A stretch of DNA of 64,000 nucleotides, from the NCBI RefSeq assembly GCF_036588685.1, contig NW_026963297.1, forward strand, positions 2,728,001 to 2,792,000. The letters are read 5' to 3'. This DNA is from Mytilus trossulus (taxonomy: Eukaryota). The position numbers and the translations under genes are program-made. This document shows positions 1 to 14,343 of this stretch, piece by piece (position 1 is the stretch's first letter; each line of letters opens with the position of its first letter). The notes under the pieces are model-generated. The model was not told the DNA's origin, did not search any database, and saw only the letters and a program-made list of their open reading frames with translations.

Positions 1-166
1 GGAGAAAATTATTTTTTAGTAAAATTAATATTTTTGATAATTATTAATATACTTCTTTACAGAAATTGTTGTCTAAATTTTACAGGATTTTTTTGTTAAA
101 AAAATTAACGTACTTTATTAACCCCTGATCAAGACTCACAAAGCAGTATCATTGCCGGACCCATAA

Positions 167-397
167 GGCAGCAACCAATTGATTTTCGGGGGGGGGCTAT
201 TATAGTTGAGTATAAACATAAAGGCAGGGGGTTGGGGGTGGTGGGCTATGGATTTTGTTTTGAAAAAAAAAATGTTTCCCGTTTTTTGCCCTGAAAAAAA
301 ATGTTTGTTTCACCCTCAGCTGCCACTATATATAATGCGAAAATTGATTTCGACTTGTCACCAAAATTTGTTCTGGAAAAAATATATAACCCACGCC

Positions 398-428
<31 letters not shown>

Positions 429-461
429 TCCAATAAAAACCCGAAATAAATAGTTGCTACC
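167..461. mobile_element. Non-autonomous TIR element (MITE), Harbinger/Tourist-like
   Basis: Imperfect TIR GGCAGCAACCAATT ... AATAGTTGCTACC flanked by TAA on both sides (164-166, 462-464). Related copies lie inside the 1.4-kb repeat (~750-1030) and at ~58030-58218. Confidence 0.65.
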
Positions 462-490
462 TAATTTATTTGAAAAGGTCTTCCCGAATT

Positions 491-3400
491 GACTTGACGT
501 ACACAGAAATATTCGCCACTGGTCTTTACTCAAACAATGATTCACGCATAAATGCATGACTTAAAAAAGTGTAAGGTAAATGATATGTTTGTCTAGTATA
601 TCAGATCAGTTAAATAACATTTTTAAAATAAAAATAAAACGTTACCCTATTTCTTTACCAAATACTCCTTGGAGAAGAAATACCATTTGAAACAAACAGA
701 AAAGATAAAACTGTAGTGATCCCTAATATCCCAAAATGGCTTTCATAAAGGAGCAACCACCTGACTTAAAAAAGGGGGTTGAGTCAGATTTTTTTTCCGC
801 GCAAACGTTTTTATTCAGTTTTTTCGATGCTAGCATTCAAATTTTATTTATTTTACTATATTTAACACTATAATGTATAGGTGAAGCTCTGTATTCCAAT
901 TTTTTTTTATATCATCTGTTTGGCCGGGATATTTTCTTTTTTTATCAAACTGGGGATCAAAATATTTAGCAAGCCCCCCCCCCCCCCCCCCCCCCCTTTC
1001 CCCTCTTTTTAAAGTCAACCGGTTGCTCCCAAACTGGAAGAAAAACTGTCCGAAAAATTTGCATTCGGTTCTACGTAATGAACATTTAAATGACACATAG
1101 TTTACAAGTGTGAACAATTCTTATGTACAGGTATCTAAACAAGGTGTATGGATGTGAACAAATGTAATGTGAAACCAGTGTGCATTACGGTAAACTAAAT
1201 GTAAACATGTTTACTGTACATGGCTTTTGGTGTGAACACGGCCTTATAGAATTATCTCACATTTAGTTTTCTTTTTCTATTGCTTTCTGGCTTCAATTTT
1301 TATTGCAACCAATATCATCGTTTTTGACAACTTTTTTAATACATTATATTTAAATATCTAACACATTAAGTGAAAAATGGCAATATTTTGGATTTTACAA
1401 AAACTTTGCATGCTAGAATATTGTATCTTAATGTTAGAAATAATGTTTATAAATAGAAAGAGTGATGTGATTGCCAATGAGACAACTATCCACAATAGAC
1501 CAAATGACACAGAAATTAAAATTTTGTGTTATTTAAAAAAAATACATTTTTAAGATAATTTTTTGTTATGCAAAACCCTTTTAGATTAAGAAATGGTATA
1601 AGTGACAATTATACCATTATTTGATGAATATCAAATGTCAAAGGAAGGCAATGTGAACAATTACTGTTTCCGTTACGGATTTCAACCATGAGCAAACACG
1701 TGACGCATAGTTAGCTATAAAAGGCCCCGGGGAGACAAAGAGAAACCCCTAGGCATGAGCATACTACAACATTAAACCATGGTCAGTAACATTTAGAACA
1801 GGCAACCACCAACACTAACCACTGGATAGCAGTCGCCTGGTCGGAAATGCACATCTAGATAAAAACACGTTAAAGAAGTCCTCTTTAAAAGATTACATAC
1901 TTGCACCTGAATCGACTTGACGTACACAGAAATATTCGCCACTGGTCTTTACTCAAATAACGATTCACGCATAAATGCATGACTAAAAAAAGTGTGAGGT
2001 AAATGATATGTTTGTCTAGTATCTCAGATCCGTTAAATAACACGTAAAATAAATTTAAAAATCGTTACCCTATTCCTTTACCAAATACTCCTTGGAGAAG
2101 AAATACCATTTGAAACAAACAGAAAAGATAAAACTGTAGTGATCCCTAATATCCCAAAATGGCTTTCATAAAGGAGCAACCACCTGACTTAAAAAAGGGG
2201 GTTGAGTCAGATTTTTTTTTCGCGTAAACGTTTTTATTCAGTTTTTTCGATGCTAGCATTCAAATTTTATTTATTTTACTATATTTAACACTATAATGTA
2301 TAGGTGAAGCTCTGTATTCCAATTTTTTTTTATATCATCTGTTTGGCCGGGATATTTTCTTTTTTTATCAAACTGGGGATCAAAATATTTAGCAAGCCCC
2401 CCCCCCCCCCCCCCCCCCTTTTCCCCTCTTTTTAAAGTCAACCGGTTGCTCCCAAACTGCAAGAAAAACTGTCCGAAAAATTTGCATTCGGTTCTACGTA
2501 ATGAACATTTAAATGACACATAGTTTACAAGTGTGAACAATTCTTATGTACAGGTATCTAAACAAGGTGTATGGATGTGAACAAATGTAATGTGAAACCA
2601 GTGTGCATTACGGTAAACTAAATGTAAACATGTTTACTGTACATGGCTTTTGGTGTGAACACGGCCTTATAGAATTATCTCACATTTAGTTTTCTTTTTC
2701 TATTGCTTTCTGGCTTCAATTTTTATTGCAACCAATATCATCGTTTTTGACAACTTTTTTAATACATTATATTTAAATATCTAACACATTAAGTGAAAAA
2801 TGGCAATATTTTGGATTTTACAAAAACTTTGCATGCTAGAATATTGTATCTTAATGTTAGAAATAATGTTTATAAATAGAAAGAGTGATGTGATTGCCAA
2901 TGAGACAACTATCCACAATAGACCAAATGACACAGAAATTAAAATTTTGTGTTATTTAAAAAAAATACATTTTTAAGATAATTTTTTGTTATGCAAAACC
3001 CTTTTAGATTAAGAAATGGTATAAGTGACAATTATACCATTATTTGATGAATATCAAATGTCAAAGGAAGGCAATGTGAACAATTACTGTTTCCGTTACG
3101 GATTTCAACCATGAGCAAACACGTGACGCATAGTTAGCTATAAAAGGCCCCGGGGAGACAAAGAGAAACCCCTAGGCATGAGCATACTACAACATTAAAC
3201 CATGGTCAGTAACATTTAGAACAGGCAACCACCAACACTAACCACTGGATAGCAGTCGCCTGGTCGGAAATGCACATCTAGATAAAAACACGTTAAAGAA
3301 GTCCTCTTTAAAAGATTACATACTTGCACCTGAATCGACTTGACGTACACAGAAATATTCGCCACTGGTCTTTACTCAAATAACGATTCACGCATAAATG

Positions 3401-6400
3401 CATGACTAAAAAAAGTGTGAGGTAAATGATATGTTTGTCTAGTATCTCAGATCCGTTAAATAACACGTAAAATAAATTAAAAAATCGTTACCCTATTCCT
3501 TTACCAAATACTCCTTGGAGAAGAAATACCATTTGAAACAAACAGAAAAGATAAAACTGTAGTGATCCCTAATATCCCAAAATGGCTTTCATAAAGGAGC
3601 AACCACCTGACTTAAAAAAGGGGGTTGAGTCAGATTTTTTGTTCGCGCAAACGTTTTTATTCAGTTTTTTCGATGCTAGCATTCAAATTTTATTTATTTT
3701 ACTATATTTAACACTATAATGTATAGGTGAAGCTCTGTATTCCAATTTTTTTTTATATCATCTGTTTGGCCGGGATATTTTCTTTTTTTATCAAACTGGG
3801 GATCAAAATATTTAGCAAGCCCCCCCCCCCCCTTCCCCTCTTTTTAAAGTCAACCGGTTGCTCCCAAACTGCAAGAAAAACTGTCCGAAAAATGTGCATT
3901 CGGTTCTACGTAATGAACATTTAAATGACACATAGTTTACAAGTGTGAACAATTCTTATGTACAGGTATCTAAACAAGGTGTATGGATGTGAACAAATGT
4001 AATGTGAAACCAGTGTGCATTACGGTAAACTAAATGTAAACATGTTTACTGTACATGGCTTTTGGTGTGAACACGGCCTTATAGAATTATCTCACATTTA
4101 GTTTTCTTTTTCTATTGCTTTCTGGCTTCAATTTTTATTGCAACCAATATCATCGTTTTTGACAACTTTTTTAATACATTATATTTAAATATCTAACACA
4201 TTAAGTGAAAAATGGCAATATTTTGGATTTTACAAAAACTTTGCATGCTAGAATATTGTATCTTAATGTTAGAAATAATGTTTATAAATAGAAAGAGTGA
4301 TGTGATTGCCAATGAGACAACTATCCACAATAGACCAAATGACACAGAAATTAAAATTTTGTGTTATTTAAAAAAAATACATTTTTAAGATAATTTTTTG
4401 TTATGCAAAACCCTTTTAGATTAAGAAATGGTATAAGTGACAATTATACCATTATTTGATGAATATCAAATGTCAAAGGAAGGCAATGTGAACAATTACT
4501 GTTTCCGTTACGGATTTCAACCATGAGCAAACACGTGACGCATAGTTAGCTATAAAAGGCCCCGGGGAGACAAAGAGAAACCCCTAGGCATGAGCATACT
4601 ACAACATTAAACCATGGTCAGTAACATTTAGAACAGGCAACCACCAACACTAACCACTGGATAGCAGTCGCCTGGTCGGAAATGCACATCTAGATAAAAA
4701 CACGTTAAAGAAGTCCTCTTTAAAAGATTACATACTTGCACCTGAATCGACTTGACGTACACAGAAATATTCGCCACTGGTCTTTACTCAAATAACGATT
4801 CACGCATAAATGCATGACTAAAAAAAGTGTGAGGTAAATGATATGTTTGTCTAGTATCTCAGATCCGTTAAATAACACGTAAAATAAATTAAAAAATCGT
4901 TACCCTATTCCTTTACCAAATACTCCTTGGAGAAGAAATACCATTTGAAACAAACAGAAAAGATAAAACTGTAGTGATCCCTAATATCCCAAAATGGCTT
5001 TCATAAAGGAGCAACCACCTGACTTAAAAAAGGGGGTTGAGTCAGATTTTTTGTTCGCGCAAACGTTTTTATTCAGTTTTTTCGATGCTAGCATTCAAAT
5101 TTTATTTATTTTACTATATTTAACACTATAATGTATAGGTGAAGCTCTGTATTCCAATTTTTTTTTATATCATCTGTTTGGCCGGGATATTTTCTTTTTT
5201 TATCAAACTGGGGATCAAAATATTTAGCAAGCCCCTCCCCCCCCCCTTTCCCCTCTTTTTAAAGTCAACCGGTTGCTCCCAAACTGCAAGAAAAACTGTC
5301 CGAAAAATTTGCATTCGGTTCTACGTAATGAACATTTAAATGACACATAGTTTGCAAGTGTGAACAATTCTTATGTACAGGTATCTAAACAAGGTGTATG
5401 GATGTGAACAAATGTAATGTGAAACCAGTGTGCATTACGGTAAACTAAATGTAAACATGTTTACTGTACATGGCTTTTGGTGTGAACACGGCCTTATAGA
5501 ATTATCTCACATTTAGTTTTCTTTTTCTATTGCTTTCTGGCTTCAATTTTTATTGCAACCAATATCATCGTTTTTGACAACTTTTTTAATACATTATATT
5601 TAAATATCTAACACATTAAGTGAAAAATGGCAATATTTTGGATTTTACAAAAACTTTGCATGCTAGAATATTGTATCTTAATGTTAGAAATAATGTTTAT
5701 AAATAGAAAGAGTGATGTGATTGCCAATGAGACAACTATCCACAATAGACCAAATGACACAGAAATTAAAATTTTGTGTTATTTAAAAAAAATACATTTT
5801 TAAGATAATTTTTTGTTATGCAAAACCCTTTTAGATTAAGAAATGGTATAAGTGACAATTATACCATTATTTGATGAATATCAAATGTCAAAGGAAGGCA
5901 ATGTGAACAATTACTGTTTCCGTTACGGATTTCAACCATGAGCAAACACGTGACGCATAGTTAGCTATAAAAGGCCCCGGGGAGACAAAGAGAAACCCCT
6001 AGGCATGAGCATACTACAACATTAAACCATGGTCAGTAACATTTAGAACAGGCAACCACCAACACTAACCACTGGATAGCAGTCGCCTGGTCGGAAATGC
6101 ACATCTAGATAAAAACACGTTAAAGAAGTCCTCTTTAAAAGATTACATACTTGCACCTGAATCGACTTGACGTACACAGAAATATTCGCCACTGGTCTTT
6201 ACTCAAATAACGATTCACGCATAAATGCATGACTAAAAAAAGTGTGAGGTAAATGATATGTTTGTCTAGTATCTCAGATCCGTTAAATAACACGTAAAAT
6301 AAATTAAAAAATCGTTACCCTATTCCTTTACCAAATACTCCTTAGAGAAGAAATACCATTTGAAACGAACAGAAAAGATAAAAATGTAGAGATCCCTAAT

Positions 6401-7008
6401 ATCTCAATCCTTTTTTCTCGGCTGTAAGAATGCTGTTGCATCTAACGTTTTCTAATGCGCTATCGAGACATCTCTAGTATATTCAAACTACTGCAAATTA
6501 TAAAAATGGCTTTCATGAAGTAGCAACCACTTAATTTAAAAAAAGGGGGAGGGTTATTATTTTTATCTGAGTCAGATTTTTTTTCGCGCGTACGTTTTTA
6601 TTCTTTTTTTTTCGATGCTGGTGATCAAATACTTTTTTTTTCAACATTTAACACTATAATGTATGGGGAAATTCTTGATTCAGAATATTTTTTTTTATCA
6701 TCTGTATGACCATTTTTTTTTTTTTTATCAAATTGGGGATCGGAATATTTCCATTCCCATCCCCCACCCCCTTTTGAAGTCAAATGGTTGTTACCTTACC
6801 ACTAGAAAAATTTTCCAAAAATTTTGAATTCAGTTCTACGTAATGAACATTTAAATGACATATAGTTTACAAGTGGAAACAAATCTGTACAGGTAGCTAA
6901 ACAAGGTGTATAGATGATAGCAAATGTAATGTGAAACCAGTGTACACTACACTAAACTAATTGTAAACATGTTTACTCTCCACGGCGTTTGGTGTGAACA
7001 CGGCCTCA
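491..7008. repeat. Tandem array of ~1.42-kb units (4 near-identical copies plus a diverged partial fifth)
   Basis: Anchor GACTTGACGTACACAGAAATATTCGCC recurs at 491, 1914, 3337, 4749 and 6164 (periods 1423, 1423, 1412, 1415; differences mostly in poly-C length). The unit is a mosaic of MITE and retroelement fragments. Confidence 0.95.
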
Positions 7009-8380
7009 GACTATTTAAATTATAAATCAGTACACATCAAAGATCCAATGGATTTATATATCTGCATGGAATAAAGCAATAATTGGCAATGTTATTAAGT
7101 ATCAAATGATCGTCAATGCCGACTCAAGATCTCTCTGTGATCAGTTCCATAGGATCTGAATCAGATATTTATGAACTACTCGCCTCTTACAATTTTGTGG
7201 AGTCATTTGAAACTATTCCAATTATGCATTTCAGCTTAAAATTAAAACAATATTAGACTTCTGATTGCAATATGTTTTAAAAAAAAAACGTTCATGATGA
7301 TCGTTGACTTTGGGTGGCAGTAGGAGGACCCCGGAAATGCTATATAAAACATACCAAACCTACAAAACAGCAAAGAGACAGTTTATATATACACACTCAA
7401 AATACATTTACCAAAGCGATATATGTCGCTTAATGCCATATCAGCCTATAAGCTTTGGAAGGTAAAAAAAACAAAAGATAGAAGATCAGAGAGTGACGAA
7501 ATAAGAATCCGAATGACATAGCAGTCGCCTTTGTCAAATTTTATAATCAGGTACATCAAAAGCTCCTTACTTTCGGCCCAAAAAGTTGGTGCATGCACCA
7601 TATTAACTCTCTATATATTTTAACTTCTCTATAATATTGAAATTAAACAAGTCTCATTCATTACTGAACTGAATTCGTGCATATGCTTGTGTGCGTTTGT
7701 GGTATTATATGCATTACAATAAGTATTTAGGTACTGTCATGATCATGATGATGGTTTAACTATAATTATATTTTAACTATCAAGTGTGGACACAGATCTG
7801 TGTGGAAAGTATGTTTAGATGTTTGACAGTGTTTTAAAAAAAATCCCCCATAGGGTTCTATGTTGAAGTTCTGTTGTGCCCAGTGACAGTCAACCTTTAC
7901 CAAACACTTAAAATAGCAGACTCATATTCAATATTGTATTTTACTGTACAACATGTATAAGAAGATGTGTTATGAGTGCCAATGAGACAACACTCCATCC
8001 AAGTCACACTTTGTAAAAGTAAACCATTACCATGCCAATCAAGACTATCATTTACTAGGAGACACTACTTTAAATCAGTGCTGACCGTTCATAGATTTTA
8101 TTTAGCTAGACATTACTTTTAATATCAAATCTACATATTGGCTAATATGCTATGATTGCTTCCTGTGTATAATATGTACATTCCTGTAAATAAATTTGGT
8201 GCATGTGCAAGTTACACTGGAGCCATTCATCCTTTTAACTTTGAAATAACTTCTATGCGAATAGATTTTTTTTAAATTATCTATTAAAGAAACACAGCTA
8301 GTATGTGTTGTGCTCCAACGCTGAAGAGAAGCTAAAGATTTGGATCAGGCAATATGAAACCTAATATATGAAATGTACAT

Positions 8381-8674
8381 AACAAGTGAAAGTGTAAGCT
8401 ACTACTCACTGATGATACCCCGTCCAAATATTTTGGTAAACAGGAAGTTGTTGAGTAACTTATCTGAAAAACGCATCACACGGTATAGCTGACATATATA
8501 AACCATGAAACCAAATTTCAGAAATCCTTGTGTTGCAGTTTCTGAAACATGCGACGAAAATATGCATGGGAAAGACGGACGTACTAACAGATGGATGGAC
8601 TGAAGGACGGATGGATGGACGGACGGACAGAGGTAAAACAGTTAACTCCCACTTTTTTACAGCAGTGGTATAAA
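8381..8674 (-). mobile_element. Degenerate Helentron-associated (HINE/DINE-like) non-autonomous element
   Basis: AACAAGTG... end with a short stem-loop, internal GGAC/GGAT microsatellite (8574-8628), other end near ...GGTATAAAA. Same layout as the element at 28441-30032. Confidence 0.4.
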
Positions 8675-9368
8675 ATTTATTTTTACAGTTGTATATATAC
8701 ATAAAACGTATTGTTACAGCTGTTTGTGGTATGAAGTATAAATAAGTAAAATGTATTGTTAAAGTTTTACGAAGTATACATACATGATGATACACTTGTA
8801 TACTACATCTGTATCAAGAATACATCAAAAGTGTTTTTACAGATTATGAAGTATATATAAAATGTATTATACTGCACTCGTTCTTTTTTAGCGGTCAAAA
8901 TGCGTTGACTGTACATTTCTATGTCATATACAGTCACTGACCCGATATCACTTTTTCTCATGAATATTTAAATAGAAAATGCCGAAATAATATTTAATTA
9001 TTCATACAACCTCTTCAACCTGTTCTCGTTTCCAATGCATACAACGATTCCGGGATCGACTCAACCTTGTTTCTTTTGCAATTATTGGAAAAACATATTT
9101 CATATGTTAATATTTTTTGTTTGCAACCTATAAATCATTATGTTTCATGCTTATGGTTGATATTTAAGTCATACTCAAACGATTTCGTTCACCATCGAGT
9201 GGAGTTTTAACAGGTAAATATGTACATTTCATTGTGTTGTATATTTCTCCGCGAGCATGATATGAGGCCTTTCTAAAGGGGATCCGGTTTTCCCTAATAT
9301 TTAAATCAAATAAATTACCTTAACGCATTAAACAACAATTGAAAATGTTGTTTTAGATTGCAGTATAA

Positions 9369-9517
9369 AGACAATAAAAGTGCATTGACTTGACATATTA
9401 ACGATATAAGGATTTGGCCCGAAACGGGGAAATAGCTAGGCACAGCCTCGCATTTCCCCGTTTCTAAGCCTCATCCTTATATCGTTGATATGTCAAGTCA
9501 ATGCACTATTATTGTCT
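9369..9517. mobile_element. Palindromic MITE
   Basis: AGACAATAAAAGTGCATTGACTTGACATATTAACGATATAAGGAT...GAAACGGGGAAAT pairs with ATTTCCCCGTTTC...ATCCTTATATCGTTGATATGTCAAGTCAATGCACTATTATTGTCT, a near-complete hairpin. Confidence 0.75.
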
Positions 9518-11488
9518 ATTTATTACAGAATGATAAGGTATACATATATACACTTTTACATTACATCTGTATCAACAATACATGTAGCATATTAATCTGT
9601 TGCAATAAAAATCCATAATTTCAAATAAAATTTGTAGATTTAGCTAACTAAGTCCTTATATTTGTATAAAATAACATTCGTGTATAGTGGAACATTGTTT
9701 TAACAATGAAATAGCTACAATCAAAATTTGCTTGCTAGTTCCTCTCTGTTATCACAAATAGATAACTTTGGCTCATTTCCCAATCAATCTATCATGAAGG
9801 GAAGTAATTCATAGTCTATTTCAAAAATGATAAAAAGTTCTTTATATTGGTATGTAAAAATTTAAACGTTTCAAATTTATGAAAGTATATTACTACATCA
9901 ATTGTTTTGATACATCAATAACAAAAACTGAAATATATTGCATTGATTCATTTTGTAATTATTCAAAATTATATCAGAAACCTAAACAGAATTATAAAAA
10001 AAATGAACCTGTTAAGGGGAGACAATTCTCGTATATTTTTTTCGAATTGGCACATAATACCACGGAATGTCACTCATAATACAAATGGCACATCCATATA
10101 ATTAATTAACTGCGCAATCGTGCTCCACCTTCAATGATGATTCTGAATTATAAATATAACCAAAAGTTGTTAATCTATAGATAGTGAAGACTAATGAAAG
10201 CTAACCCACTGTAAAAATATTTTTTTGCACCCTTTTTTTAAAACTTCCTTAGAAAAATTCTCGAGTCACTTGACTTTCATAGCTCAAAATTAACGTTTTT
10301 ACAGAATATTTGAATAAAGTAGTTACAGATTATTCGCTTCTCAAAAGTGTAAGACGCAATAAAAATCGTATGCTTGCACAATCTTACCGAAATACGGATT
10401 TAATTAAGTCCTAAACATTTTGACATTTCTTCGTTTATTTTTATCGAAACCCGGTTTAAAGAAATCACAAATACGTGTTAAGATCCGACTAAATACCTAT
10501 TTCCCGATATGGTCAGGTAAAATTGCTAATACATGTATCAAAAGTGTTATTATAGATTATGAAGTCTATATAAAATGTATTATTGCAAATTTATGAAGTA
10601 TACATAAATGTATTCACAACGGTTACAGTTTTACGAAGTATACATTCACTGTTATACTACAGATTGGTAAAAGACAATGCTAAAAATGTATTATTACATA
10701 TGCATGAAGTATGCATACATGAAATATGTCATTAAAGCTGTATGAAATACACATACAAGAATTAGTACAGCTGAATAAATGATACATAAAATGTTATCTG
10801 ACAACAGTTCATTGGCAAAGGTTGTCTTTGATAATGTTAAGTTGACTTTTTATTGTACATCATTTACATAAAAGCTTAAGACAAATAACAAACAAAATGA
10901 AGTTATAAATACTATTCTAATAAGACGTGCCTCTTTCGCTTTATGAATAAACCCATGCTCTAAATCCAATAAAAAAAAATGCACATGCGTATATTGACTA
11001 CTGCAGAATAATGAATTTTATCAAATTGGCATGCATTCAACATATTTCATTAACTTTTAAAAAACACTTCTAAACTGTTCAATGAACAGATGGACATATT
11101 GTTACCAATTAATTTATTATGACTGTCATGCGTTGCATTCCGAAATTGGCATAGTTGACCTAGATACGACAAACGTTCATTATGGCTATTTCAAAAACCC
11201 CTCCCTCTAAAAAATCACAGTGCCAGCCGTTTACTTTTTTACAAACAAAAAAGGGAGGTTCATGGAAGAGCCTATACAATCGCTTTACCCTTATACACAT
11301 TGGACATAGAAATTACCTTAATTGTCCGGATCAAAATCGATAAAGAATCAAGCTTTACATGATACATAATGATTGGTCGAAATCGTTCTCTAGTTATATA
11401 GAGCGTTTTTAACAGTTACTTCGGTCTATAAAACCGCGCGTCAGCTTGAACGTGCACGTGCTTCATGGCTGGATTTATATCCTTGCAC

Positions 11489-11730
11489 GGTATTCGTCTG
11501 GTGCCGAACCAAGTTCCCATGTGATTTGTATACTATGATATGGTAATCGTCTAATACCGAGCCAAGATCCCATTGAGCAGGTTACGTTAGGTTGTACATG
11601 GATTTGTATTCTAAGGTATTCGTCTGGTAGTGCAAAACCAGGATCCCATGGACGAGATTTAGTAACTTTAGGTTGTACATTGATTTGTATTTCATAGTAT
11701 TCGTCTGGTGCCAAACCAGGATCCCATGTA
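11489..11730. repeat. Degenerate short tandem repeat
   Basis: Motif GTATTCGTCTGGT...AACCAGGATCCCATG recurs three times with GGTTGTACAT.GATTTGTATT spacers. Confidence 0.6.
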
Positions 11731-12027
11731 CCAGATTACTTTATTTTTGTAAATTGTTCAAGCTTGACATCTTATTTTATTTTTATTAATATGCTTTTGT
11801 TCCTTATATTATCTTTACGATATTTGTTTTTAGTTAAGCTAACTTCGAATTGGTAAAATATTATCGTTGGTCGTCCCACGTTTTGTCAGCGAGAAAAACA
11901 ACTATAAAAATAAGATAAGACGGGTGTAAGATGTATGTCAATGAAACAGCGACCCAACGACACATATAACAATACGACCTTCAAAAGAACAATAATTTTT
12001 ATAAAGTGTTTTCCATTGGTACTGCCA

Positions 12028-12290
12028 TCATACGTTAAATTCAGTTTCCCCATCACTTATGGTAATCCGAGGCAAATGTTTTAAGGGAATGTATTTTGTT
12101 TTCCTCGGATGATCATTGTCATCTCCCAAGTTGTTTAACATTGATATATTATGCAGCGAATGCGCACCTGATATAAATTGTCTTTTGGTTTTTGATGCAA
12201 ATGGAGCTAGATTTGGTACTGATGTTGATGTTGCTGCTAGAAGTCCATTCTTAGTGTATACATATTCATCACTTGATTCCTCTGTTCCTA
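12028..12290 (-). CDS. Candidate terminal coding exon of an unidentified host gene
   Basis: Acceptor TTGTATTGCAG (AG at 12292-12291), then a phase-1 open frame of 87 codons: GTEESSDEYVYTKNGLLAATSTSVPNLAPF...HLPRITISDGETEFNV-stop. Non-repetitive sequence. No upstream exon identified. Confidence 0.45.
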
Positions 12291-12946
12291 CTGCAATACA
12301 ATGTTGTCATATAATATATATGTACATGCAACCATACAGGTTAAAACCGCAGTGAAAATTTACGAAAGGCAATTAAACGCGATTTGTTCAAATTGGTTTG
12401 AATGTCGTAACTTAAAGTATGAAGAATATTAACTGAAATAATCATGCAAATTAAATGTTATATTTGTTTTCAGTTGAGGTCAATGTTCTGGTGTCGCCCA
12501 ATTAAATGTCGTTTTCTCTCGTTCACAATAAATGTTAGTGAATTTATGTGGGGTTTTATTTTAGTTTGCATGAAAAACTGGTTGACTGGTTGTTTTCCAA
12601 TGTATTTAGGTTACCCTAAGTGATGAGGGACAAAAAAGCAGCAAAACAAAAAGCTTGGCATTAAACTTCAAGTTGAGCAAAACGACCCCCCCCCCCCAAA
12701 AAAAAAAAAACAGGGATTGCCTCGAGAGCTCCAGAAGTTATTACAAGCTTTTCTTCACATAATATCCCCGGTTCATGGCATGCACTTATTCGCTGATAGG
12801 ATGAAAAAGGGTGACGAAATCGTTTTTACGACAAATGAAACATATTCGTGTTTATGTGTGATACATAAATTCCACAATAATCAACAAAATCATGATGGCG
12901 CCTTACAGATTTTAAAAGAGATTACTTCCCCAAAACCAATCTTGTT

Positions 12947-14046
12947 CCCAGATAGCAAACATGTGTTGGGCCCACGTTGGCATTCTGTTGGTAACATTGT
13001 TGGGCCAACGTTGGAAAACTATGTTGGGCCACCGTCATTTTGCTCATCGGCCCTGCGTTGGCCCAACATGTTGGGTCTTTGTTGGGCCAATATCAGTATG
13101 CCAACAAAGTTAACTATTTGCCAACATTCTGCCAACAATGTTAACTGTTTGCCAACAGTCTACCAACATAGTCTAGTTTTGAAATTATGTTGGGCCATTG
13201 TTGGTCGTACTACAATTTGCCAACGTCTTTAATAACGTTTTATTATGCTTTCCTTATAATTTTTATTAGTAATCAGTATATTACAGTCTATACTGCAATG
13301 AATATAGATTTCATACAATTATCTGTCAATAGGAGAGTGAGGAAATTTTTTTTTTTTCATTCTAAACACTCGTGTCAATTGATCAGATTAATTTAATGAT
13401 TCTATTTCAAATGCAACTATATTCAAATTTTATTTACTGTTTTGGGCTGGTTTTAAATATTTTTTGTTTGCGCAAAAAAAAATTCAAACATTAAGATAAA
13501 CACATTTAGATGACTACACAGATTTGAAAATATTGGATAAAGAGAATGAAGAGCACATCTTTTTGTTTGCACTTTGGAATAATATTTTTTTTTAAATAAA
13601 AAAATCTGTGGTATAAAATGGGGAGATAAGTACTTACATTGTAATACGTTGGCATATTGCTGGCACAATGTTGGCTTATATTTCAATATTGTCATGAAAT
13701 ATATCCTAAGAATGAGCATTCAAATACAATTTGTTTAAAATTGGTTCAGTGGGTTCGGTCAGAAGATCTTACACTGAACCAATGGACGACATAAGTCGAA
13801 TATCATTGGACCAACTACTTAAATAACAGTTGGTAAGAAAATGTTGGGCCAACATTTGGCCAACCATACAATAATGACATTTGGTGCCAAGTTGTTTTGC
13901 CAACGAGGGGCCAACAGTGTCAAAATAACTGTTGGCTGAGTGTTGTTGGACCAACGTTGGCCTCTTGTTGTCCTGCCAACGCCAACTGTTTACCAACTGT
14001 GCCAACTAAATACCAATGTTGGCCCAATAAAGTATTGCTATCTGGG
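12947..14046. mobile_element. Non-autonomous CACTA/EnSpm-like (CMC) element
   Basis: TIR CCCAGATAGCAA ... TTGCTATCTGGG, 2-bp TT on both flanks, and dense subterminal GTTGG/CCAAC repeats in both orientations at both ends. Confidence 0.7.
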
Positions 14047-14343
14047 TTGACAATGGTCCCGCTACTAAGAAAATCTCATATGGATTCAATGGAACTGTAC
14101 GCAATTGACATAATGTTTAACAACTAATTACTAGTAACATACTATAAGGATTTCGTACAGTAGCCCTTTTCACAAAAAATTTTAAGATAAATTTTACTCT
14201 TAAGAGTAATCTTAAGATTTTTAGGTTTTTCACAAAAAATCTTACGTAAATCTTAAGAGTAAAAATTATCGTAACTTTAAGAGTGCCATTACCCACTCTT
14301 AAGTATATATTTTAAACTTAAGAGAAATCTTAAGTTGATAAAA

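Noticed and set aside
206-5339. Poly-Pro/poly-Gly ORFs
   Set aside because: Artefacts of poly-C tracts of variable length inside MITE copies.
12717-14127. ORFs of 76-171 aa as genes
   Set aside because: They run through the low-complexity subterminal repeats of the CACTA-like element and a degraded retroelement-like flank.
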